Assembly (NCBI GenBank): GCA_023645945.1
Contig: JALAIB010000026.1
Coordinates: 1 to 45,745 of the forward strand
DNA length: 45,745 bases
Origin: Diploschistes diacapsis
Taxonomy: Eukaryota
Direction of reading: 5' to 3'
Shown here: piece after piece, positions 36,359-45,745 of the stretch
Numbering within the stretch: position 1 is the first letter of the stretch
Layout: the number at the start of each line of letters is the position of its first letter
Notes under the pieces: model-generated
Databases searched by the model: none
What the model saw: the letters and a program-made list of their open reading frames with translations, nothing else
What the model was told of the DNA's origin: nothing
Made by a program: the position numbers and the translations under genes

Positions 36359-38845
36359 ATGGCGTCCCGGTCGCCGAAGAGGCTAAAGTTCTCTCTTCCT
36401 GGAGAGGGCGACGTATCACAGGATATACCAGATCTCGCTGTTTCCACATGCAGGAGCCCAAACTATACCCTTCCAGCGCCTGAAACAACGCGTGGCCCGC
36501 GATTGGAACTTGTCGATGGCCCTCTTACACAAAGGGTGTGCGAAAAGAAGCCAAAACGACAAGCCAAGGGCGATAAAAATGGTAAAGCAAGCCAAAATAA
36601 AGGGAAGTCAAATGCTGGTAGAGGACTTCGTAGCTTTTTCAGTGCCATAACTCAGACCCAAGCTTCCAGCTCGAGCGACGCCAGCCCTGGTCCAATACAC
36701 AACATGCATCAGGACCAAGACGACTGGATAGAGGATGACCCTCTAAGTGAACCACCCATCAACAAGGGAAGAGGCTCTGAGTATTCAACGAGAATTCCCA
36801 TCACTAGTCCTCAAAATTCTACCAAAAGGCTTCAAAATTCTCAACCCCTTTATATCGAGGTCGCAAAGAGGTTCGTCGTGCCTGGAAGTCACATCTTCGG
36901 TTCAGAAACTGGCAAAGCATATGAAAAGAAAGCTGGTATTTGTTCCACGACCTGGGCAGAATCCTACCCCCCGCAGGGTATCGGTGAACTTGCTGTACAA
37001 CCTAAGAAGATTGAGATCATCCGTACTTGGCTGCAACAGACTACCAATAGTGGTCTTCATAAGGTTGGGTAACTTCAAAACAGCCAGGTCATCTTCGCTA
37101 ATAAAAAAAAATAGAACCTTCTAGTACTCAAAGGCCCTTCAGGATGCGGCAAGTCCGCCGCTATTCGAACAATCGCAAGAACGCTAGGTATCAGGATCAT
37201 AGACTGGGATAATCCCATAGGTGATGAGTATGGTTCTGAAGTATTCATCTCGCGAGCGGCGCAATTTGAAGAATTCTTGAACAGAAACTCAAAGTATAAT
37301 GCACTCGAAACAACTATTCCTCAACAAGATCAGTCAGTTCGATCAGTGGCCTCGACCATCTGCGATGGTTCAAAGTCGAGGTCATTGGTTCTGGTGAAGG
37401 ATATTCCAAATACTTCTACGCGGAATCACTCATCGCTACTCTCATTCCGCTCAAGCGTCTTGCGCTACATTGCACCCAGTGGCATGTGGAAAAAGGGTAA
37501 TCCAGAGAATCTGCAAAATGAAGTAAACCATCCAACGCCCTTGGTGATCCTCATAACAGAAACACAAGCGACGCAAGCTGGTACAGCTTCGGATAGCATC
37601 ACGGTGGGAAAGCTTTTGGGTACGGACATTATCAATCACCCTGCTACTACCATTGTAGAGCTTAACCCGGTCTCGCCAGCCTTGATGGTAAAAGCCCTAA
37701 ATCGCATTGTCAACAAGCAGGAGACTCAGGGGTGGTCGCCGGACGCTAAACTTGTCAAGAGTATCAGTCAATCAGGGGATATCCGTAACGCCATTAGTTG
37801 TTTGGAATTTATGTTCGCTAGCAAGTGTCATCGTGCGGACATTAATGGCCATAAACCATTCTGGAAACAGGGGCCGCATCGAATATGCAAACAGGAAGTC
37901 GATCCCGCTCCAGCGGTGGGCCATCGGGACACTATCATTGACATATTCCATGCTGTTGGCAAGGTTGTGTATAATAAAAGAATTGACAATCAAAGTGCAA
38001 GGGGAATGCCTCCACAGCCACCTGTTCACCATGTGAATCATATGCGACGCCAGGCAAGCGAAGTCTCTAGTGAAGAATTAATGAGGCAGATTGGTACAGA
38101 CACCGAGACATTTGTGGCAGCTTTGCATGAGAACTACATAGCTTCGTGCACCGGTGAAGACTTGATTGATTGTTTTAATGGTTGCGCCGAGGCTCTCTCC
38201 ACAGCAGATCTCCTTGATACGTCTCCAAGCTTTGCGCAACATTTCGGTCGAGGTTCGGTCCGCCAGTATAGTGCGCGTGACAACGTCGATACATCCAAGC
38301 AGATCGAATTTACCTTCGAAACAGCGGTGCGAGGTCTGCTTTTCGCCTTACCATATCCTGTCAAACGTGGCGAAGCGTTCGGCTTTGGTGCCAGGAAATG
38401 TCGCGACCCCTTCAAGTTGGGATTTCCCACCTCCCATAAGCTGTGGAGGCAAATCGCGAATTCGACAGTCATGTTGAGGAGTTGCACCTACGCTGTTGGG
38501 ACACGCTCACCATGTACTCTGATAAATCCAGCTGAAATGGTTCAAGAATATCTTCCAATCGTCAGCAAAATCAAGCCTGAGTTGCTTGGTGATGTCCCGC
38601 GACAGGATCTACAAAGCCTCGTGAGCTTCTCTACTTTGATCTCACCAAGTCTGGACACCACAGAGACTGTGGCTTATGACCCGGCAGCAGCGTTCAATCA
38701 AGTTGAGCCCGCAGCAATCCTGACCGATAGTGCATCGCTCTATTCAAGGGACATCCAAGCCACTGCCATACCGTATTCGCTCAGCACAGCATCTTTGCCA
38801 TCAGAAAAGCTCGTCTTGAGTGACGATGACATCGAGGATGGTTGA
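36359..38845 (+). CDS. RAD17: Checkpoint clamp-loader subunit Rad17 (S. cerevisiae Rad24 homolog)
   Basis: WAESYPPQGIGELAVQPKKI, Walker A GPSGCGKS, GDIRNAI, IFHAVGKVVYNKR, ALHENY, acidic tail VLSDDDIED. Intron 37064-37114. Confidence 0.9.
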
Positions 38846-39888
38846 AATGATTAGGTTCCGAGACAATATACGCTTACCAAGTCTCGCTTTGTTGGTTTAT
38901 TTGGAAGAAGAGTGAATGTTTTGGTTGATGTCTTGGAACCTTTGGAACAACCATGGAAACAGGGCAGGCCGTTGAGGTGTAGGGTGTAAGATTGGTGCGA
39001 CAGCAACCCATAAATAGCTATTGCAAATCCAAACGCGGAGCACCAGTGTCGACTATCGAATCACGTCAAGAACGGGACGTCGTAACCCCCCCCGAGCATC
39101 TACTCTGCCAACTCGTCTCGGTTCCATGGCCGGCAGAGGTGAATTTACTTCCAGGTTGGAATTATACCTAGATTTCATAGGGTGTAGTAAGATACTCCGA
39201 ACCTGGTGCAATATCTATCTACGTCCGCTGACTTTGCTAGGAATATTCCGGACCGCCCCAACATCAACATCTCGTGCTCGCTGGAGTTAAGACTTGGGAC
39301 AATGATGCAAATTGAACGAAATCAAAGTTCTGTATCTATCATTAGACAGCCTAGTGTTAGATGAGTAGGTCGACTGCGAAGAGTCTGATCATGTAAAGAT
39401 GAAGAAAAGTAGAGCATGTCTGGGAAAAAAGGGGTGGGGAGGTGGGCGCCTACTACGGGGTAAACCTACCGAACCTTTTCATCATTGCTTCGTTAGACAA
39501 ATATGGAGGGCAGTATTCCCAGACACACGACGTTATCGCATGTGCGAATAAAAGGCAGATATTGTTCTCTCATAGATAAACATCTAAATTGAAACCTAAT
39601 TGCTTCTTCGTTTCAAATTGTATACAAGCTCAATCTAGCTACGATGACAGCACCCTTTTGAAGCAACAATATTTCCTGGACGTTCGCTTATGCTGCCCTA
39701 CTGCAGCATACATATATATGCAGGATTATCATCATCGAGTAACGTATCGGCGAGCACCTGGAAGCTGAGCACATTGCGGAAGTCTAATCGCTATTGGTGT
39801 GTGAGACCATAGTAGTCCGTGCCTTGCATCCGGAGAAGAAATGAGACCCGGGTCTTAAGAACACATGAAGGACAATCTAGACCATCAT

Positions 39889-42659
39889 CTAATTGCCTGT
39901 AGCCATGGTTTGTAAGCCGCTCGCAGCGCTTTGGCCCTTTCTCGTAGAGCCTGAGATGGCCGAGCCGTTCAATGCGACCCGTTTCCTCGAACTATAGCCC
40001 ACGTGGTCGATATTTGTAACGATTGAGTCCGCACAACTAATAAGGCTGTGAAGTGAGCTCCGTAGCGAAACGGAGTTTGACCAGTGGATGAACCCCTTGA
40101 TGTCAGCCTCACAGAGCATCTTGGACAGCTTTTCTATCTCCATTGAAAGTAACTTGGCCTCCCACAGTGCATCAGACTGAAAAGGTGTCTCTTCTCGTGC
40201 GGAGAACATGCACAAGCCGCCTGAAAGCTCAGAGATCTCAAGTTTTTCAGCCTGCGTCAAATTCAGGAAGACGTCCTTTCCCGTACCTCGCGCTTGATAA
40301 ACGATTGACCTTCGAAGCTCTCCAGAGACTATTGAAATTTGAGAATCCAACGTTTTGGTGTAAAGTCTCTCCAGATGTGGATTTGCTCCATCAACGGCGT
40401 GGATCCAAATGTGATTTGCTATGGCTCGCAGTGATTGATATGTCTGCGGATCAAGAGGGGTCTGATTGGTCATACAAATCCTTGCATCCCAGGTTTGATT
40501 CGGGAAGTGAATGTTGATTGTTCCAATCTCGTGGGGACACAAACAGATCCGAGCAGGACCACTATCGTTGGAAATCTCAATAGAAGCCTGTGCACCAGTT
40601 TTCTGATCAAGACATAACAATTGATAAGTTGAAACATCACTCTTCGGGGTACACTCGAACATATACTTTCTTGTAGGGTGGGCGAGGTTTGCGATGAAAT
40701 AAGCGTCCTCCCAAGCAGCTGTTAGTTTCGGCGAGAAAACCGTTACAGCTTTACCTTCTCCGGAACGAGTGTCAAAAATCGAGTCCCACTCCTCCCAAGG
40801 GAATGGTTCCGAAGGCCGGCTCTGGCTGCACTGATATCGCTTTGGTACTGTGTTACCCTTGATGAAAATCTGCCCAAGCTGCAGTTCGACCGCGGGCTGC
40901 ACCTCACTGCTTACCTCCAAAGATGCGAAAAGTTTAGCGATGGCCGTCTGAACAATAGGTAGAAGATTCAACAATGGATCTTTCTTCCCATCGGAGACCG
41001 TTCCAGCTTTAAGAGGCGGCGTCTTTTCAAATCGTCCGAGCTCTCCGCCACGATCGGCCTGACACAAAGTATCGTGTACAAGCAGTGTGTGGGACGGCTC
41101 GGTTGAGTTGCTGGGTTCATTTTTATCTAATTCACCGATTAGCTGGAAGTCAAAGGAGCATATGAAAGGACATCGGGGCCTACACATTGCCTCCAGCCCA
41201 TGTTGGACACCTCCGGCGCGAGAAGTACAAGAAGACTGCCCCGGACCGTTTCCTGAGAAATCTTCCTTAGACAACTCAAGTACGTTGACGAGAGATGGTG
41301 TAGGCCGCGATCCCGTAATTTCAAGCTTTCCTCGCCTTGCCTCTTGAAGCTCCTCGCCGGAACGGCTATTTCCACATTGTATAGTACCATAAGGGTCAGA
41401 TACATGGGCATCATCTACCTGCTGAGCCCAGTGGGCAACTCGGCTGGTCTGTGTTGGCGACAGCCGCCCCGGCAATGGATGGCCGGCGAGATTGTATTCT
41501 TTGGCCCAGTATTTAGGGTTGAGGGACTCATCGCCGTAACTAAAAGGTAGCGGCTGGGACCAAGGGATCTGTATACCTGTAGGGTACTTAATGGGCTCAC
41601 CCTCTTCCAGCACACTGAGATATTGCAGAGACTCGGTATGCCATTTTACAGCACGTAGATCGTAATAATTGGCAGCGAAGCTCGCATGTGCTTTGAGCAT
41701 GGACTGATCGGTAACGCCTGCACAGAACGAGAACCTCAGCTTGAAACCTGCCAGTGAAGGCATAGAGTATGCATCGAAGATACGACGATGAGTCGCAGGA
41801 CCGACCTATCAAGTTAGCGAAGCGAACAATGAACCTTCGAAAGGCATGGTAAAGTACACTTGCACTCTGAAAGACGCGGATCTTGTCCATCGCCTCTTCC
41901 ACGTTTTCTTTCTCGTCCGCCCAAATTTTCAAAACGCTGTCTTGTAATTCTATTCGGGACTTGGTAGTTCTACCCAGCGTTCTTAGAACATCGTCAGTGA
42001 AGATTGAGGCTGCCGTAAGATGCCCCTCCTCATCTAATTTGATCACAGCGGACACAGATTCATGAGTTATCAGCTGGTCAGGTGGAGATGCCACAGGACT
42101 TGACACGTTCATCATCTTGTTTTGAAGAACCATTTTGAAATAGTTCGGCGGACTGGGCAAATTGAGATCAGGTAGCCGATTGACCTGCGGACGCTATTCA
42201 AAGGCTTAGTATTGATGACGATGCTGCGGTATCTGTATCTTGAGGCCATACATCAAAGGGGTCATTAGGCTGGTTGGACTCCTTCCTCAGTTCTTCATTC
42301 ACATACTCGCGAAGGATTCTGAAGAACGTTTCAGTAACTTGTGACTCTTCTTCGGGCTTGCATTTGACGATGAAATGCTAGCTTAGACATCAGTTGGCTT
42401 TGTAGCGAATTTATTCGCACACTCACTTTCTTCGATTCCTCATAAGAGTATCTTGCTAGAATGCCACCAGTAGCCTGTCTTCATCCATCTTAGCCAAAGT
42501 AAAGTAGTGTTCCGGTGGATTACAAACTCGAGTTTTTGGAGCAAGGACTAATTTCTTGTTAGCGTATCCGTCGCTTTGCAATTAGGGAGGTTGTCATCTA
42601 CTTACCTGCACGTCATAGAACTCCCAGATGGAAGCTATGATTACTGTGTGACTAGTCAT
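39889..42659 (-). CDS. Uncharacterised six-exon fungal protein (about 830 aa)
   Basis: Introns 42605-42548, 42527-42479, 42426-42378, 42251-42194 and ~41857-41806 give one open frame from MTSHTVIIASIWEFYDVQ/SLLQKLE/QATGG... into the 624-aa terminal ORF. No motif I can name with confidence. Confidence 0.7.
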
Positions 42660-43339
42660 AGAGACGCTATGTGCATAAGGAAGATGGTGATTTTGGTAAG
42701 AGCTGCGGACCTGAGGGGAAACCTTAATACAAGCAGAGGGGACGGTAAGTCGGTAGTGCGGATGATGTATCTCCAAGAAGATAGACAGCGTCGAGTTTCA
42801 GAGTATAGAGGCAGCCAAACCCGGTTGTTCAGATGTTGAATTAGAAGATTTTTTGAATGCTACCTCAGTTGCAGCTTCTTCAGATGTTTGCTCACTGACA
42901 CAAACATTGGGTGGCCGCATGCACAGTACACAAACATTGCTTCCCACGACTGTTTCAGAGCAGATCAATACAATTTCCTGAATTGCATTTCTCAATTGCA
43001 AAACGCTCACAATGTTAGGAGTTATGCTCTACCCTCTTTGCACCAAGCCCGACTAGGTTCTGTCAGTGACACCCTTCAAAGATAAGTCCTGAACGGAACA
43101 GAAGGTCCGGGTTGTTTGGAACTTACCTCACAGCTTATTCTTAAGGGCTGGGTACTAAGCATGACCCGAATGCATGGCAGTGGCGCTGGTGTATCCGCAA
43201 CTGCATTCGTCTTAGCCACGGATTCAATCCGCTACCAGGCGAAGATTCACCGGGCGTTTACATACAACGCCTGTTTCTGCCGTACTGAAGTAGCGAATTG
43301 ACCATCATTGATCAGTCTGCTTCATGGGAGGGGATTCAT

Positions 43340-44494
43340 TCAGCCAATGAAGGTTTCTTTGACATTCACAACATATTTCATCTTTCCCAAAGTCTCCTGC
43401 ATCTCCGCAACGAGTCGGTCACCTTTCGCCTCAATCCTTTCAGCCTCATCGGCTATAGATCGAAGCGATTGGTCTCTCTTGCTTCTGTAAAGCTCATATA
43501 GCTGAAAGGTGTCCTGATACGTACTCTCCATCACAGCATTGGTTTCGCAAAGTTCACGAGAAATAGAGTTGAGCCTCTGTAGGCTCTCCGACTCTGATTG
43601 ACAATGGCGTTTCAAGCTGTCGAACTCTAGGCGTACCTGCGCAATTTGCTCTGCTAAAGACTGTTCGTGGTTGGACAGAGCACCTCTAAGAGCTTCATAC
43701 TGAGTATTAGCGAAGCTGGCAAGCTCCTTCTCCTTGGCAATTTCCAGCTGACTTTGGCTGGTCATAGACGCCATTAAGTTGGCCAATTCAGCTTTTTCTT
43801 CTTCAGCCCTTTCCCTCCGTATATTTTCAACCTGTAACTCCGCTTTCACATCGGCAATCTTGCGGTCTTTGCGCGCAATAGTCTTCTGAGCTAAAACGTA
43901 CATCGTCTCGTAATGTGTCGCGGAGTCTCTCAAGCTTTCAAGAGACAATTTGGACGATTCCGTGCAGTGCTGTTCTTCTTCTAGTTTCGCAGTCAACAAC
44001 GATATTTCTCTTTTGGATCTATCAAGCTCTTTTCCCAAGCGCTCAATTACTCGGCTTGTCCTTGCAGCATTTCCATTTCCCATGGATGACACTGGCCAGG
44101 CTCCCCCTTTCTCGCTTTTGGGTGTCTCGGTTCCTTGCGGCAGATCGTTGGACAAGTAGAAAGGAGAAGAACTCTCAGATGTCATTTCGAGCTGTGTTGG
44201 TTGTGGGGGGTTGATAGAATTCTCTAAATGGGGTGACTGGGTATTGTTTACAGGATCAGCAGACGACGCAATGATGCTAAAAGCATCGTTAGATCGAAGC
44301 TGCGGTGTCCAAGTATTGTCGTTCGCCCATTCTCGAGATTTGAGGGTAGTATTAGATACCAATAATGGAGAACCATACGCCACAGATACATTGCCCGGTT
44401 TTCTGGTTACATGCGAGTCTGGTGGCTTTTGAGGCAGAGGTTTGACTTGGAAAAAACTAGTCATATTTGGGCTGAAAGTATTTGAATCGTCCAT
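43340..44494 (-). CDS. Coiled-coil protein, She3-like
   Basis: Disordered Ser/Pro-rich N-terminus, then RTSRVIERL...ARKDRKIAD and a long heptad region. Start taken at ATG 44494; a short upstream exon is possible. The She3-like label is recalled similarity only. Confidence 0.65.
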   Translation of the reverse strand: MDDSNTFSPNMTSFFQVKPLPQKPPDSHVTRKPGNVSVAYGSPLLVSNTTLKSREWANDNTWTPQLRSNDAFSIIASSADPVNNTQSPHLENSINPPQPTQLEMTSESSSPFYLSNDLPQGTETPKSEKGGAWPVSSMGNGNAARTSRVIERLGKELDRSKREISLLTAKLEEEQHCTESSKLSLESLRDSATHYETMYVLAQKTIARKDRKIADVKAELQVENIRRERAEEEKAELANLMASMTSQSQLEIAKEKELASFANTQYEALRGALSNHEQSLAEQIAQVRLEFDSLKRHCQSESESLQRLNSISRELCETNAVMESTYQDTFQLYELYRSKRDQSLRSIADEAERIEAKGDRLVAEMQETLGKMKYVVNVKETFIG

Positions 44495-45032
44495 TTTTGC
44501 GCTGGGCGCTTCACACAAATACGGGGACACCCTTATCAAGCGTCAGCAGATAACCCAACTTGAGTGGTGTCGAACAATGGAAACGGCTGAGCACAGGTGC
44601 TTCATATTGGGGAGGCGCTTTATATTTATCTCTAGAAGCAGTTGCACTCACTAAATATGTCTTGGAAGAGAATCAGTGTAAACGCACAGTCCTATGTTCC
44701 GTTATGGTATTGGCACGCATAGCTCCAGCATCTATCTACAGAGCACGTGGCCAATGAAGAATCCCCTGTAAGATATGCACTGAACCCATCGTAGCATATC
44801 ATATGCTGTCTAGCTGATGTGACCGTAGACGATACAATGTAATTGGCCGAAGGATCGTTTACAGTAACAAGTATCATCAATGAGCACGATGTCTTGCTAA
44901 TATAGCTCGCACTGCATCTCAATGGTGACCCATATGGCGGTCAATGTTCGTAAGGCAGACTATATGCAGGAACACACCAAGAGTTGGCACGTGATAGCGG
45001 GATCCAGTATTGTTGAACTAAACTGAACAGTA

Positions 45033-45075
45033 GAGTGTTGCCCCTAGTAACCGAACGGACCCTAGTAACCGAACA
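45033..45075 (+). mobile_element. Fot1/pogo-like terminal inverted repeat (single end)
   Basis: Follows TA (45031-45032); contains the 15-nt direct repeat CCCTAGTAACCGAAC at 45042-45056 and 45060-45074; marks the start of AT-rich DNA. Confidence 0.6.
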
Positions 45076-45408
45076 TCTATAAGCACTTTTTATACCCAAA
45101 ATGCCTTTCCCTTTTTCATCCATTATAAGCTCCATATATTTTTTTTTATTTTTTGCTAATTTAAACCTAGATATTCTCGATAATAAAAAATATTTTTATC
45201 GAAGCGAAAACTTGATCTTTTTCGCTATCGCTTTACGAAATCGCTCGACGTAGCGGCGTCGTTTTTTCTTCTTTTTATAATAAGCTTGATGGCCGCTTTA
45301 GAAAATTTAATATCATGTGTCTAGCGACATATGATGTCGCCCTCCAGGTTCCTAAGCGAAGCAGAAGTATTAAGTAAAAAATCTAGGCTTAAAAAACTGG
45401 GTAGGTTT

Positions 45409-45478
45409 TTTGGGGCTTGCACCCCCAAACCCCTGCTTTTTTTTATTTGTGGGGATTGCATCCCCACACCCCTGCTAA
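45409..45478 (+). repeat. Tandem pair of GC-rich hairpin units
   Basis: 45411-45437 and 45450-45476 match at 24 of 27 positions; each forms a GGGG/CCCC stem-loop. Confidence 0.8.
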
Positions 45479-45520
45479 TAGAATTTAGTTGAATATTCGG
45501 AAATCTGAATAACTAAGTTA

Positions 45521-45565
45521 ACGTGTTTCACGGGGATTCCGGCCATCCCCAGATTCCGGCCACCT
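45521..45565 (+). mobile_element. Second pogo/Fot1-family-like TIR (TA|ACGT start)
   Basis: TA at 45519-45520 then ACGT; internal direct repeat GATTCCGGCCA at 45535-45545 and 45552-45562. Confidence 0.6.
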
Positions 45566-45615
45566 TAAATCATTATTTTCATCTTGTATTCGATCTTTCT
45601 TAACAATGACTATAT

Positions 45616-45745
45616 TAGGCTGGCCGTCACGGACACGGCCGTGGCAGTGTCCGTGTTTTAAAAATTTTAGCCGTAATGTCCGTGTCAGTGGATTTACTGC
45701 AGTGCAGTATCCGTGTTAGTATCAATATTTTAAATTTTTTAGTTA
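45616..45745 (+). mobile_element. hAT-like or MITE terminus with subterminal repeats, running off the window
   Basis: Starts TAGGCTGG; T(G/A)TCCGTGT at 45648, 45677 and 45708; inverted copy CACGGACAC at 45628-45636. Confidence 0.45.

Noticed and set aside
39302..39388. ATGATGC ... CTGA box C/D-like pair
   Set aside because: C box mismatch and no recognisable guide sequence.
1350..44654. Numerous 60-170 aa ORFs overlapping the called genes in antisense or alternate frames
   Set aside because: Shadow ORFs with no recognisable motifs; explained by the real coding frames.
44754..44817. Box C/D snoRNA-like layout (ATGAAGA ... CTGA ... GCTGTCTAG CTGA)
   Set aside because: Imperfect C box, only a short possible rRNA complement recalled from memory, and no clear terminal stem; would need snoscan or RNA data.
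45033..45720. CRISPR-like repeat array
   Set aside because: Eukaryotic context; repeats occur only in pairs or triplets of unrelated sequence without regular spacers.

Overview
Gene-dense nuclear DNA from a filamentous ascomycete (Pezizomycotina, inferred from protein families and short spliceosomal introns with CTRAC-type branch points). I read 14 apparently intact genes: PSD2, a Mis13/Dsn1-like kinetochore subunit, Trx-Grx monothiol glutaredoxin, a BBOX/TauD dioxygenase, TPC1, PP2A B55 (CDC55), a Yea4-like nucleotide-sugar transporter, DNM1, an Abp1-like ADF-H/2xSH3 protein, a large F-box/zinc-finger protein, AMP deaminase, Rad17/Rad24, an uncharacterised 6-exon gene and a She3-like coiled-coil protein. 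There is also an intron-containing tRNA-Glu(CTC), two multiply disrupted pseudogenes (a cytochrome P450 and a secreted-type PEBP), a decayed fold-back element, and a cluster of DNA-transposon-like termini at the right end. The most notable details are two GC-AG introns in different genes with the same GCATGT donor and the same 47-nt length, a covarying hairpin pair ending in a Helitron-like CTRR, and an amino-acid-level repeat inside the last CDC55 intron. I found no convincing novel multi-gene system. All calls are by-eye; no searches were run.
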